The notes beneath the pieces were generated by a model. That model was not told where the DNA came from. It saw only the letters and a program-made list of their open reading frames with translations, and searched no databases. From NCBI GenBank assembly GCA_019057815.1, contig JAHLWR010000006.1, forward strand, positions 64,001 through 128,000: 64,000 nt of DNA, in the 5' to 3' direction. This DNA is from Candidatus Heimdallarchaeota archaeon. Its GTDB lineage: Archaea > Asgardarchaeota > Heimdallarchaeia > Heimdallarchaeales > Heimdallarchaeaceae. Shown in pieces: positions 37,480 through 47,860 of this stretch (position 1 is the stretch's first letter; each line of letters begins with the position of its first letter). The position numbers and the translations under genes are program-made.

Positions 37480-38109
37480 TTATAGATAAGAAAGTTCCAG
37501 GAACACAGCTACACCTGAATATTGAAATTGCCCTGCTGTAGTGTCGAAGCTCCACAACTCAAAAACAACTTTAAATTGATTATTTTCTCCTAAAAATTGT
37601 TTTATATTCTCATTTACATATAACGAAATTAATGTAGGTCCCCAGATATAATCTGCTTCAATAGTTTTCGCTACTTCTTTCTCTGCTTTGGTTGCTGAAG
37701 GAAGAATTTTTTCGAAAGTGTTTTGAGCATATAACATGTAACACTCTGAAGGTGGTACAGCGAAATCTAAACTTATTATTTGTGAAAGTTCTGTAATTTT
37801 AACTCGAACTTCGTAATAGTTAACTTTACTACCATAATTTTTCACCATGAAAAATATGGTTTCATTTTGATCTGTATTAATCACAGTAGGATAATTCGTA
37901 GCCAAAAAACTATTTTCTGTTGAATCATACATAAGTAAAGATAATTCAGAAAAATCATTTTCAGGGAGTGAAGTGAAGAAAACCGCAGCAAATGTTGCTA
38001 CAATAACTAAACTAGTGAAAACTATAGCGAACTTTACAATGTTTTCTACTTCTCTTTTTCTAAACATTATTTTTGAATTTTTATTTATGTCCAGTTTAAT
38101 TTTTTTCAT
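37480..38109 (-). CDS. Membrane-anchored protein resembling the DUF1616 extracellular half
   Basis: TM followed by FSELSLL...NYPT...FMVKN...YEVRV...VFELW. Confidence 0.65.
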   Translation of the reverse strand: MKKIKLDINKNSKIMFRKREVENIVKFAIVFTSLVIVATFAAVFFTSLPENDFSELSLLMYDSTENSFLATNYPTVINTDQNETIFFMVKNYGSKVNYYEVRVKITELSQIISLDFAVPPSECYMLYAQNTFEKILPSATKAEKEVAKTIEADYIWGPTLISLYVNENIKQFLGENNQFKVVFELWSFDTTAGQFQYSGVAVFLELSYL

Positions 38110-38641
38110 TCGCTTTCTTCACTTCCGTGTCAGGATAAATAATCTGGAGTTTACCATATTCCTCTTGTTGTTTTTCTTTATACCATGGATAAATCTTCTT
38201 TTTAGTTATAATCCCAAGAAAAACAAGGACTGCACCACCACATACTCCAATTATGGTATTGATGATTTTTTTATTATTTCTTTTTGTGTCAATTAGATTA
38301 TTGATATCGTCAGTAAGTTCATTTAATTGTGATATCGCAAGGTTAGCTTTTCCAATTGCTGTAGTATAGTTTCCGTCTTGAAAAGCTATGTCTGCTTCTT
38401 TAATTATATCTAAAACGTTGTCTGCTACCAGAACACTAGCTTTGATTTCTATGTTTTGCAGATAAGCTTGTTCCAATAATATTATAACCTCAATCAACTT
38501 TTCTTGTGCTTCTTGAATTAGATTCTCAGCTTCTAATTGTGATTGTGCCTGCGTAGTTTGTAAAAATGCAAGCGATATGAAGATCGATAAAATGATAGTA
38601 TTTTTTACAAAAGTGTGAAGTTTTTGCGAATAATGGTTCAT
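38096..38641 (-). CDS. Secreted helical protein with C-terminal TM anchor
   Basis: Signal peptide, helical bundle, TM, cytoplasmic tail; overlaps both neighbours. Confidence 0.65.
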   Translation of the reverse strand: MNHYSQKLHTFVKNTIILSIFISLAFLQTTQAQSQLEAENLIQEAQEKLIEVIILLEQAYLQNIEIKASVLVADNVLDIIKEADIAFQDGNYTTAIGKANLAISQLNELTDDINNLIDTKRNNKKIINTIIGVCGGAVLVFLGIITKKKIYPWYKEKQQEEYGKLQIIYPDTEVKKANEKN

Positions 38642-39300
38642 TCTTTTTCGCCTTTCTTTAAAATAACTTTGTTAAAAACTGTTTCAAGTTTTCCAGAACC
38701 AATTAGAATTCGTAAGGCAGAAGATAAAAGAAGTAATACAATAGTAACTAAGCCTATAGATACAACAAAAGAATAATCATCAATCACCCAATAAGTATCA
38801 AGCGATATCCCGGTGAAAATGACGATACCGATATTAACCCCGAGAGCTAATAATATTCTCTCAAATTGATCTATTGTCTCGTACAATTTTGGGAAAAGAA
38901 GATTAGCAAAGGTCCATCCAGGGATGAAAAGGCAAAACAACAAACCAATTATCGTGCGTAAAAAAATGACAGGGGAATCCCTTTGGACTAAAAGAACTAG
39001 TGGGAAAAAAATTAGAGTAAAAGATAATATGACCCAGAATTCAACTGAATAATAATGGAATCTTAAGAAGAAATTTCTTAAAGTAGAAGGAAGATTTCTT
39101 TCAATTCTAGTGGCACCTAAATGTATCTTTTTTTCCTTCTCCATCTGTTGAATTGCACCATATATCTCAGTTTTCTCTAAATCAGTCTTTTTTTGAACAA
39201 GATGAACCAATCTTCTTACAGTGTTAGGGCGCTCATCCCTTAGAGTATCCTGAATCAATTGCTTAGTTTTTGCTGTTTTTCCTGTCATATCTTCAAACAC
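38638..39300 (-). CDS. DUF1616-like membrane protein with N-terminal wHTH-like region
   Basis: LRTIIGLLFCLFIPGWTFANLLFP...IDQFERILLALG. Confidence 0.75.
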   Translation of the reverse strand: MFEDMTGKTAKTKQLIQDTLRDERPNTVRRLVHLVQKKTDLEKTEIYGAIQQMEKEKKIHLGATRIERNLPSTLRNFFLRFHYYSVEFWVILSFTLIFFPLVLLVQRDSPVIFLRTIIGLLFCLFIPGWTFANLLFPKLYETIDQFERILLALGVNIGIVIFTGISLDTYWVIDDYSFVVSIGLVTIVLLLLSSALRILIGSGKLETVFNKVILKKGEKE

Positions 39301-39363
39301 TAATCGCGATGGAATAAAAAAATGTTTTTGAGGTGTTAAAATAATTGAGCGACAAATTTGCTT

Positions 39364-40536
39364 CTATTCCTCTATTTTAGCCAACGCTTCTTTAAGAGCA
39401 TCAGTTTTATCAGTTCTTTCCCATGTGAAATCAGGATCCTCTCTACCGAAATGACCATAAACTGCCGTTTTCTTGTAAATGGGTCTCTTTAAATCCAATT
39501 CTTTTATTATGGAACTTGGTTTGAAATCGAATACTTGATTGAATGCTTTTCTCAGTTTTTCAATAGATACTTTCTCGGTTCCAAAACAATCTATATTAAT
39601 TGCAAGGGGTTCTGGTACCCCAATTGCGTATGCTACTTGCACTTCACATTTGTCTGCAAGACAAGTGGCTACAATATTTTTAGCGGCGTAACGAGCATAA
39701 TAAGATGCTGATCTATCTACCTTTGAAGGGTCTTTCCCTGAAAATGCTCCTCCCCCATGACTATCAACTCCACCGTAGGTGTCAACGATTATTTTTCTTC
39801 CCGTTAAACCTGAATCTCCTTGGGGTCCACCTATAACGAATCTGCCTGTTTTGTTGATGAGAATCTTTGTTTTCTCATCTATCATCTTTTCTGGTATAAT
39901 TGGCATAATTACTTTTTCTATGATTCCTTCTTCGATTTCTTCTATTGTTACATCTTCTGTGTGTTGTGCAGCAATAACAATGGCATGCACTCTTATGGGC
40001 GTTCCATTATTATACTCTACAGTCACTAAACTTTTTCCATCTGGTCTGAGAAAAGGTAAAATGCCTTTTTTTCTTACTTCTGCCAGCTTTTGAGTTAATT
40101 TGTGAGATAACACAATTGGTAGAGGCATATATTCGGGCGTGGTATTTGTAGCATATCCAAACATAATCCCTTGATCACCAGCTCCTTGTTGTTCAGAGCC
40201 ACTTCGTTTAATCCCTTGAGCTATATCTGATGATTGAGAATGAATAACATTAATTATGGCACAACCTCTGTAATCAAAACCAATCGATGAATCATCATAT
40301 CCAATTTCTTTGATAGTTTCTCTGACAATTTTCTGATAATTAATATTGATTGCATTTGTTGTAATCTCTCCCCCTATAACAACTAGTCCAGTTGTGACAA
40401 AAGTTTCACAAGCAACATGAGCATCAGGATCTTCTTTCAGTATTGCATCTAAAATAGCATCAGAAATTTGATCACACACTTTGTCTGGATGACCTTCTGT
40501 TACACTTTCACTTGTAATAAATCTTCTTGTACTCAT
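39364..40536 (-). CDS. metK: S-adenosylmethionine synthetase, bacterial/eukaryotic type
   Basis: [59 protein letters not shown]. Confidence 0.97.
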   Translation of the reverse strand: MSTRRFITSESVTEGHPDKVCDQISDAILDAILKEDPDAHVACETFVTTGLVVIGGEITTNAININYQKIVRETIKEIGYDDSSIGFDYRGCAIINVIHSQSSDIAQGIKRSGSEQQGAGDQGIMFGYATNTTPEYMPLPIVLSHKLTQKLAEVRKKGILPFLRPDGKSLVTVEYNNGTPIRVHAIVIAAQHTEDVTIEEIEEGIIEKVIMPIIPEKMIDEKTKILINKTGRFVIGGPQGDSGLTGRKIIVDTYGGVDSHGGGAFSGKDPSKVDRSASYYARYAAKNIVATCLADKCEVQVAYAIGVPEPLAINIDCFGTEKVSIEKLRKAFNQVFDFKPSSIIKELDLKRPIYKKTAVYGHFGREDPDFTWERTDKTDALKEALAKIEE

Positions 40537-40673
40537 TCTCTAGGCAGCTCCGTCTTACTCATATCTCAAAATGAGTTCGTATACTATAAAATAATTATGT
40601 TCTATAAGATTTGGTGTATTAGAAAAATTTTGCCAAGATAATTTGTATTCTGTTTCAGATTTTTCTCTTAACC

Positions 40674-41336
40674 TTAACTATCTATGTTTGTAAAATCTGA
40701 CATCATTCTCAGCCCCATAATTGATTCAGCTAATTCCTCTTTTGAAGGAATATCAATTGGATTGGGATTCCGAGCTATGTTGGCTAGTTTTGAAGACACT
40801 TTTTCAATTTCATAGAGGTATCTACGGCTTTGACCTTTTTCTAGTAAATCATCTCTGATATCAGCAAGATATTTTGAAATTTTCATTAAATCTTTAAACA
40901 AATCTTGGCTTTCTTCAATTAGCTCTAGAAGATAATCAAAACCTTCCTTCAAAGAACCCTTTTTCGGGTTCAAAGTGTCTTCTAAGTGATTTTCTAAGCT
41001 TTCCACAAGTTTTCGTTCACAGCTTTCACGTTGAGTCTCTCTCTCAACATTGTTTTTTTCAACTACTGCAGTATAAAGGTGTTTAAATGTTTGCTCCAGC
41101 ACTTCTTTGGATTGAAGTTCAGGAATAAGGTGTATTAATTCAGTTTTCATTAGAATTCTTCTTTCATTTTTAAGAAAATAATTATAATCTATTTTGGAAA
41201 TCTTATCTTCTGCTACCAATTTTTTAATTTCTTTTCGAAATGACACTCTGTTTCCTAAACCCTTCCAAAATGAGGGATTAATATTTTGCTTTATTGTGTC
41301 TGAAAGTTCATCTAAGGTTGTCTTTGATGAAGGCAT
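40674..41336 (-). CDS. Hypothetical all-helical protein
   Basis: 220-aa charged helical ORF filling an otherwise empty gap; no family recognised. Confidence 0.6.
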   Translation of the reverse strand: MPSSKTTLDELSDTIKQNINPSFWKGLGNRVSFRKEIKKLVAEDKISKIDYNYFLKNERRILMKTELIHLIPELQSKEVLEQTFKHLYTAVVEKNNVERETQRESCERKLVESLENHLEDTLNPKKGSLKEGFDYLLELIEESQDLFKDLMKISKYLADIRDDLLEKGQSRRYLYEIEKVSSKLANIARNPNPIDIPSKEELAESIMGLRMMSDFTNIDS

Positions 41337-41446
41337 GAGTAAACCTTTCTATTCTCGTTAATAAGAGTTTCTTCCTTTGAAAATGTAGTGAATATTCTGT
41401 TATTTTATCACAAAACATATCAATACAAATATTTTAGTGAATACAG

Positions 41447-42169
41447 ATGAAAAACACTGTTGGGGTTCTGTTTTGTGGTGGAAAAGGAATAAGAATGAGA
41501 CCCCTTACCTATTATATCCAAAAAGTTATGCTTCCTATTTCAGGGAAACCAATTCTGGAACATATTCTTATTTACTTCAAGAAGCATGGTGTTACTGATT
41601 TAATCCTCCTTGTTGATCATATGAAAGAACAGATTCAAGGATATTTTGATAATGGTGAGAGATGGGGTTTAAATTTATCCTATGTTCCCGATAAATCTGG
41701 ACCAAAAGGAACAGGAACAGCCTTGTTAAATGCAAAACAATACATTAAGGGTCGTAGAGTCATTGTTTATTATTCAGATATTATTACAGATGCAAACTTA
41801 AATGAAATGATACAATATCATCAAAACCACGGGAAATGGGCAACAATTCTAGCTACTCGAGGATGGCAAATAAGAGTTGGAACAGCTGAAGTTGACGAAA
41901 ATCAATATGTTAAGAGTTTTAAAGAAAAACCAAAATTAGAATTGCTAGTTAATACAGGGATTAGCATCCTAGAACCAGTAATTTTCGATTATCTGAATGA
42001 ATTTGATTCAAATATTAGCATAGATTTATCAAGAGATATTTTTCCTAATTTTGTAGAGAAAAAGCAAATGAAGGCTTATATTCCAAAGAAATGTTATTGG
42101 GAAGATATTGGATCTATAGAAAGGTATGAAAAATTTGATGTTGAGAAAATAAAAGGCATAATGGAATAA
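41447..42169 (+). CDS. Sugar-phosphate nucleotidyltransferase (NTP_transferase family)
   Basis: GGKGIRMRPLT, MLPISGKPILEH, GTGTAL, FKEKP, WEDIGS. Confidence 0.9.
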   Translation: MKNTVGVLFCGGKGIRMRPLTYYIQKVMLPISGKPILEHILIYFKKHGVTDLILLVDHMKEQIQGYFDNGERWGLNLSYVPDKSGPKGTGTALLNAKQYIKGRRVIVYYSDIITDANLNEMIQYHQNHGKWATILATRGWQIRVGTAEVDENQYVKSFKEKPKLELLVNTGISILEPVIFDYLNEFDSNISIDLSRDIFPNFVEKKQMKAYIPKKCYWEDIGSIERYEKFDVEKIKGIME

Positions 42170-42198
42170 AAACCTACTTTGTATTGAACGTGATAATA

Positions 42199-42591
42199 AT
42201 GAAACATAGGTTGCTAGATTTGTTAGCGTGTCCAGTAGAAAAAGCGTGGCCACTAAAGTTAGAAGTTGTTGAAGAAATAAAAATATCAGAGGCTGTAAAA
42301 ATCCCTGAGGCAAGCAAAAAAACACAAGTTGTTTGTAATTATTACTGTAATCTCAAAAATTTTTATCTTGTTGAATTGAAAGAAAATGGTTCTGAGATTG
42401 TGAAAGATTTAGAGGACATTAAAAAAGAGGTAACAATAGAAGATTGTAAACACTGTTTTCAAATAGAGATAAATAAAGGAAAACTAATTTGTAAAGATGA
42501 TCCAGATAATCACATCTATGAAGTTAAAGAAGGCATACCTGTTATGTTATCGAAAGAACAGATTGCAGATCTTTATGGGAAAAAGAAATAA
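42199..42591 (+). CDS. Trm112-family methyltransferase activator with central insertion
   Basis: LLDLLACP...PLKL at the N-terminus; EINKGKLIC...YEVKEGIPVML at the C-terminus. Confidence 0.8.
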   Translation: MKHRLLDLLACPVEKAWPLKLEVVEEIKISEAVKIPEASKKTQVVCNYYCNLKNFYLVELKENGSEIVKDLEDIKKEVTIEDCKHCFQIEINKGKLICKDDPDNHIYEVKEGIPVMLSKEQIADLYGKKK

Positions 42592-42596
42592 AAGTG

Positions 42597-42845
42597 TTAG
42601 AAAATATTTCCAACCTGCATTAGGATTTCGATGAAATTTCTTTCTTTAATCCTTTTTATTTGGGTTTCAATAGTTTCAACACTGATGGTTGAGTGATTTC
42701 TGTTATTAGATGCATAGCTAAGTGTGTTAGCAAATTCAATGCTGATTTCATGCAATTTGTTATTAATGCTTTCTTCATTTTCAAATATTCTTATTCTTGA
42801 CACATTTTGATATTCGGAACGGGACTGGAGATTTGATGTTACCAT
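42597..42845 (-). CDS. Small hypothetical protein
   Basis: ATG preceded by an AGGTGA SD-like motif and a TTTATATA TATA-like box. Confidence 0.5.
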   Translation of the reverse strand: MVTSNLQSRSEYQNVSRIRIFENEESINNKLHEISIEFANTLSYASNNRNHSTISVETIETQIKRIKERNFIEILMQVGNIF

Positions 42846-43010
42846 TTTATATCACCTTTTCTTTGCATGATACTTCAATCAAGGGCCATATATAAATGCT
42901 CTAATATTTATTTCATAAAATGTAAGTCGATTTTGTAATGTTATTTACAATATTGTAAATAACTTCTGATGTTGCCTTAAAATTATTGTCTAATAAAGGA
43001 AAAAAGAAGA

Positions 43011-43265
43011 TTATTGCTCTTTTTTTACTTTCTTGTATACTTTATATGAAAAATGTGCTATCTCAACCAAGATTCCTATTGACAATAGTATATTTACTGT
43101 AATTATTCTCCCTTGAAAATCTTCAAAAGAGTATAAAAATCTTTGAAAGGTGAGAAATATTGCGTATGCTATTAGAATCAATAGAATCATAAGTAATTGT
43201 AGAGTGAGAGTTTTATCAAGAAGCGTTATTCGTTGTTTTTTATCTAAATTATCTTCTGTTACCAT
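43011..43265 (-). CDS. Small two-TM membrane protein downstream of mutL
   Basis: MVTEDN start at 43265 after GAGGT; two hydrophobic helices and a basic tail. Confidence 0.6.
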   Translation of the reverse strand: MVTEDNLDKKQRITLLDKTLTLQLLMILLILIAYAIFLTFQRFLYSFEDFQGRIITVNILLSIGILVEIAHFSYKVYKKVKKEQ

Positions 43266-43275
43266 TACTATTACC

Positions 43276-45102
43276 TCACTTGTAATCTCTAAGGAAAAGC
43301 TCTTCCAAATATTTAGCGTTAAGGATAATAAGTGTTGGTCTGCCATGTGGGCACGCATATGGATCTTTTTGCTTTAATAACTGTATTATCAATGACTCAG
43401 CTTGATGTAAATTAATGCGGTCCCCAGCTTTTATTGATCTTTTACACGCAAATAATGAAATAATTTCTTTGATAAAACTCATATCTTTTAAGTCAATTTC
43501 TGCTCGAATTTCAGTTGCATAATTTTTGAAAATATCTACAACATCTTTTGCTGCTAGGACGGAGATTGTTTTTCCAAGTATTGAGGGTATTGAACGGATT
43601 ACCACTTCTCTTCTTCCAAAGATATCAACATCAAAACCAAAAGTTTTGAGTTTTTCTTTCAATTCATTATATAGTTCTATTTCTGAAGGTTTTATCTCAA
43701 TTGAAACTGGAGCTAACAATTGTTGAACAGCAATTTTCTTATTTTCAATTTGATAAAGGTATTTAAGATAATTTATTTTTTCATGTGCTGCATGTTGATC
43801 ACATAAAAGGAGTCCTTCTTGTGTCTCAGCAATAATATATGTGTTTTTTATTATTCCTAATACTCTTATGGTCCTCCTCTCTTCTGTTTGGGGATGTATG
43901 GGCGATTTTTTCTCTGTTTCTTTGTGTATGTATTTCTGAAGGGGTTGGTCTCTTTTGCTAATAAGCTGAAAGGATGATTTCTCGAATGATGTTACAGAAC
44001 CTGACTTTAGTGATATTGGTGGCTTAGTTTCTAGTCTTTCTGTTGAAGTCGGAGTGGTTTTAATAAACTGAGTCTGCGAATGGGGATGTTCAACCCTTTC
44101 AAAAACCTTCAACCCACTTTTCTCTAGACTTTCTCTAACACCTGTTTCAACAAGACGAAAAATTTTAGTTTCATTATTGAATCGTACTTCCCTTTTAGTG
44201 GGATGAACATTTACATCTATTTCATCAGCTGGTAGATTTATAAACAGAAATACGATGGGAAACCTTTTATCAGGCATTGAAGTTCCATAGCCTTTTAAAA
44301 TAGCATTTGTAATTATTTTATCTGTTATGGGTCTATTATTGATGTGGATGTAAATGTAATCCCTAGATTTTCGTGAGTATTCAGGTTTAGTAATGTACCC
44401 TTTAAGAAAATATGATTCTTCCATATTGTTGACGGGAAAACAAGCTTTAGCAATGTTGTTGCCAAAAATTGTAGCAATTTGTGAGAGTAAATCACCTTTT
44501 GGTACTGTTATAATACTTTTCTCATTATGTTTAAGCGAAAAAGCAATCTGGGGATGAGACAAGGCTAATTTTGTTACATATTCTGTTATATGGTTGACTT
44601 CTGTAGCTGTAGTTTTCAAGAACTTTTTTCTAACTGGTACATTAAAAAATAGATTTTTCACTAAAATTCGTGTTCCAATGGGAATAGAAGTTTGTTCTTC
44701 TAGAGTGGTTGTCCCCCCTTCGATGATAACATGAGTGCCAAGTTCTTCTTCCTTTGTTCTAGTATAAATATCGACAATTGCTACACTTACAATACTAGAA
44801 AGAGCTTCACCTCTGAAACCTAATGTATGAATAGCAAACAGATCATCAGCCGTTTTGATTTTACTTGTTGTATGTCTTTGTAGCGATAGAATAACATCAT
44901 CATGTGGTATCCCTACACCATTATCGATGATCTCTATCGCTTTTTTCCCCCCTTCTTGGATATTGATTGTTATTTGAGTACTATTGGCATCTATAGAGTT
45001 CTCTATAAGTTCCTTTACTACAGACGCTGGACGCTCTATAACTTCTCCTGCTGCTATTTTACTTATCGTAGCTGTATCAAGCTCAATAACCCGTTTTTCC
45101 AT
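43276..45102 (-). CDS. mutL: DNA mismatch repair protein MutL
   Basis: IAAGEVIERPASVVKELIENSIDA, TLGFRGEAL, DVNVHPTKREV, endonuclease DQHAAHEKINY, ACK, CPHGRP. Confidence 0.97.
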   Translation of the reverse strand: MEKRVIELDTATISKIAAGEVIERPASVVKELIENSIDANSTQITINIQEGGKKAIEIIDNGVGIPHDDVILSLQRHTTSKIKTADDLFAIHTLGFRGEALSSIVSVAIVDIYTRTKEEELGTHVIIEGGTTTLEEQTSIPIGTRILVKNLFFNVPVRKKFLKTTATEVNHITEYVTKLALSHPQIAFSLKHNEKSIITVPKGDLLSQIATIFGNNIAKACFPVNNMEESYFLKGYITKPEYSRKSRDYIYIHINNRPITDKIITNAILKGYGTSMPDKRFPIVFLFINLPADEIDVNVHPTKREVRFNNETKIFRLVETGVRESLEKSGLKVFERVEHPHSQTQFIKTTPTSTERLETKPPISLKSGSVTSFEKSSFQLISKRDQPLQKYIHKETEKKSPIHPQTEERRTIRVLGIIKNTYIIAETQEGLLLCDQHAAHEKINYLKYLYQIENKKIAVQQLLAPVSIEIKPSEIELYNELKEKLKTFGFDVDIFGRREVVIRSIPSILGKTISVLAAKDVVDIFKNYATEIRAEIDLKDMSFIKEIISLFACKRSIKAGDRINLHQAESLIIQLLKQKDPYACPHGRPTLIILNAKYLEELFLRDYK

Positions 45103-45172
45103 ATATGTAAACCTCAAGAATTGACTTTAAAAGGATTTCATGTAATTAATGTTGTTAAGAAAGAGAAATAAT

Positions 45173-47842
45173 TTATTTTATTTTATTGCACAAAATTCTT
45201 TTAATTTTTATTATTAGCTGATTAAGAACATTTATCGCTTCAATCGGTGATATCTCATCAACATTGATATTGGAAATCTCTTTCATGAGATTATCTTTTT
45301 GTGATTTTTTGATGAGTAAAGTCTCTGTAGATTCTTTCTGAGTTTTCATTTGTCTTTGAGCTAATGATTCTTTGTCATTTTCAGTTTGTGTTTTTTCTTG
45401 ATTACCCAAATGCAATTCTGATAGCATTTTATTAGCGCGCTTTATTACACTATCAGGCAATCCTGCTAAGGAAGCGACATGAACGCCATAGCTCTCATCG
45501 ATCCCGCCTTCTTTAATCTTATATAAAAAGTGGATTTGTCCATTTACATTCTTTACAGACACGTGATAATTTTTGACACGTGGGAGTATTTCTTCTAATT
45601 CTGTCAATTCGTGGTAATGTGTTGCTAATAGAGTTCTTGGACCCTTATTCCCTATATTATTATGAAGGTATTCAGTGATAGCCCAAGCAAGAGACACCCC
45701 ATCAAAAGTAGAAGTTCCTCGGCCAACTTCATCTAAGATTACTAAACTTTTTTCTGTAGCATTGTTAAGGATGTTTGCACACTCATACATTTCGACCATA
45801 AACGTAGAACGATGTTCAATAAGAACATCGTGAGCACCGATTCTTGTGAATATTCTGTCAGTTAATCCTATTTTTGCGCTCTCTGCAGGAACAAAGCTTC
45901 CTATATGCGCCATTAGGGTAATTAGTGCAATTTGTCTAAGATAAGTCGATTTTCCAGCCATATTCGGACCTGTAATTACTAAAACTCTGTTTTTATCTTC
46001 ACCCATCACACAATTATTTGGTATGAATGAAGATGTAGGAAGTATTTGCTCAATAACAGGGTGTCGTCCATTTTTTATTTCTATAATCTCTGTTTCTGTA
46101 ATTTGTGGTTTCACATAGTTATGATATGCAGCGTTCTCAGCAAAAGCTGCCAAAACATCTAATGTTGCGCAACACTGAGCATTTTGTTGAACTTCTGCAG
46201 AAAACTTAGATAATTCTTTAAGTATACTTGTATACAATTCTTCTTCTATGACAAGAATCTTCTCTTCAGCATTCAATATTTTTTCTTCATATTCTTTTAA
46301 TTCTGGTGTAATATATCTTTCCGCATTAACTAGTGTTTGTTTTCTATCATATTCGGGAGGGACTCGATTGATGAAGGATTTTGAAACTTCAATATAATAA
46401 CCAAAAACCTTGTTAAAGCGTATTTTCAGAGTCTTAATTCCTGTTCTTTGTTTTTCACGTGCTTCAAGAGATGTAAGGAACGATTTTCCTCCTTTTTGTA
46501 TCTGACGAAGACTGTCAAGGTCTTCATTGTGTCCATCCCTTATTACATTTCCGTCCTTAAGGCTTGTGGGAACTTCCTCTGCTATTCCTTCATCAATAAT
46601 TCTTGTAAGGTCCTTGAGAGGATTAAGATTCTTTCTAATTTCGTTTAGGAGCGGTGACTTAAAATTTGATAAGTTATCAGTTATAATGGGGATTAATTCG
46701 ATAGAGTTTTTCAGAGAAATTAATTCTCTTGGTCTAACACGACCCAAGCAAACTCTTCCTATTATGCGTTCGATATCACTCATTTTGCTAAGAATTACGC
46801 GCAAATCTTTCCTCATTATTATGGTATTAACAAATTCCTCCGTTGCATCAAGTCTTTCTTCGATTGTTTTTATGTTTAAGTTAGGTCTTAGTAGCCAGTA
46901 AGTAAGAAGCCTTGACCCTGTAGATGTTTTAGTGTTGTCTAATACCTGTCTAAGAGTCCCATTTTCTGAACGATCACGTAAACTTTCAATCAATTCTAGA
47001 CTTCTAACTGTACTATAATCTAATATCATGAATTCTTGTGATATAATTGGGTTAATTTTTGTGATATTAGGAAAGCTTTCACAAAGTTGTGTCTCTTTTA
47101 AGTAGCGTAAGATAGCACCAGCAGCGCCAACTGAAACACTAGAGTCAACAACACCAAAACCCTCTAAACTCAAGACGTTAAAATGATTACAGAGTTCCTG
47201 TTTACCTTGTTCTACATCAAAAAAGCAATCGTTTTTGTATGTAAAAGTGCTTCTGGACATGTCTATTTTTAGATTAAGTCTTTCCCACAAATCTTTTTCA
47301 ACTAAAACTTCTGCTGGATTCAATCTAGTAAGTTCAATTTCAAGCAAGTCTTTGTCATTATAATTTGATATTATGAACTCGCCTGTAGAAAGATCGATTG
47401 CAGAGAGACCTATTTCCATATCTTCACTATTGATTGAGACTAAGTAATTGTTCATCTTGTTTAGGGATTCAGGTTCAGTAATTGTACCACGAGTAATCAA
47501 CCTAACAACACCCCTTTTCACTATTTTCTTAGTAAGTTTTGGATCTTCTAATTGTTCAACAATTGCAACTTTGTAACCTTTTTCAATCATTTTACAAAGA
47601 TAAGAATCTAAAGCGTGATGAGGAACACCAGCAAGAGGCCACTCACTATCAGATGTCTTACGAGAAGTAAGTGTAATATTAAGAGCTTTTGACATCTCCA
47701 CAGCTTGTTCTCGAAACGTTTCGTAAAAATCTCCCAGCCTAAAGAAAATTATGTATTCTGGATATTCTTTCTTAATTTCTATCCATTGTTTTTGCATAGG
47801 TGTTAAAATAGGCTTTATCTTCCTATCGTCGAATCTTTTCAT
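45173..47842 (-). CDS. mutS: DNA mismatch repair protein MutS (MutS1)
   Basis: TPMQKQW, FRLGDFYETF, GRHPVIE, TGPNMAGKSTYLRQ, STFMVEM, DEVGRGTST, ATHYHEL, SYGVHVA. Confidence 0.97.
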   Translation of the reverse strand: MKRFDDRKIKPILTPMQKQWIEIKKEYPEYIIFFRLGDFYETFREQAVEMSKALNITLTSRKTSDSEWPLAGVPHHALDSYLCKMIEKGYKVAIVEQLEDPKLTKKIVKRGVVRLITRGTITEPESLNKMNNYLVSINSEDMEIGLSAIDLSTGEFIISNYNDKDLLEIELTRLNPAEVLVEKDLWERLNLKIDMSRSTFTYKNDCFFDVEQGKQELCNHFNVLSLEGFGVVDSSVSVGAAGAILRYLKETQLCESFPNITKINPIISQEFMILDYSTVRSLELIESLRDRSENGTLRQVLDNTKTSTGSRLLTYWLLRPNLNIKTIEERLDATEEFVNTIIMRKDLRVILSKMSDIERIIGRVCLGRVRPRELISLKNSIELIPIITDNLSNFKSPLLNEIRKNLNPLKDLTRIIDEGIAEEVPTSLKDGNVIRDGHNEDLDSLRQIQKGGKSFLTSLEAREKQRTGIKTLKIRFNKVFGYYIEVSKSFINRVPPEYDRKQTLVNAERYITPELKEYEEKILNAEEKILVIEEELYTSILKELSKFSAEVQQNAQCCATLDVLAAFAENAAYHNYVKPQITETEIIEIKNGRHPVIEQILPTSSFIPNNCVMGEDKNRVLVITGPNMAGKSTYLRQIALITLMAHIGSFVPAESAKIGLTDRIFTRIGAHDVLIEHRSTFMVEMYECANILNNATEKSLVILDEVGRGTSTFDGVSLAWAITEYLHNNIGNKGPRTLLATHYHELTELEEILPRVKNYHVSVKNVNGQIHFLYKIKEGGIDESYGVHVASLAGLPDSVIKRANKMLSELHLGNQEKTQTENDKESLAQRQMKTQKESTETLLIKKSQKDNLMKEISNINVDEISPIEAINVLNQLIIKIKRILCNKIK

Positions 47843-47860
47843 TTTTTCCAGCTCTTTGTT

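Noticed and set aside
40674-41336. SHOCT-like segment KLVAEDKISKIDY in the hypothetical protein
   Set aside because: It lacks the conserved Gly and the downstream K..Y...LE pattern, so it is too weak to link to the bactofilin/ArsR motif.
43266-43358. Apparent overlap of the small membrane ORF with the mutL 3' end
   Set aside because: The likely start is ATG 43265, downstream of the mutL stop.
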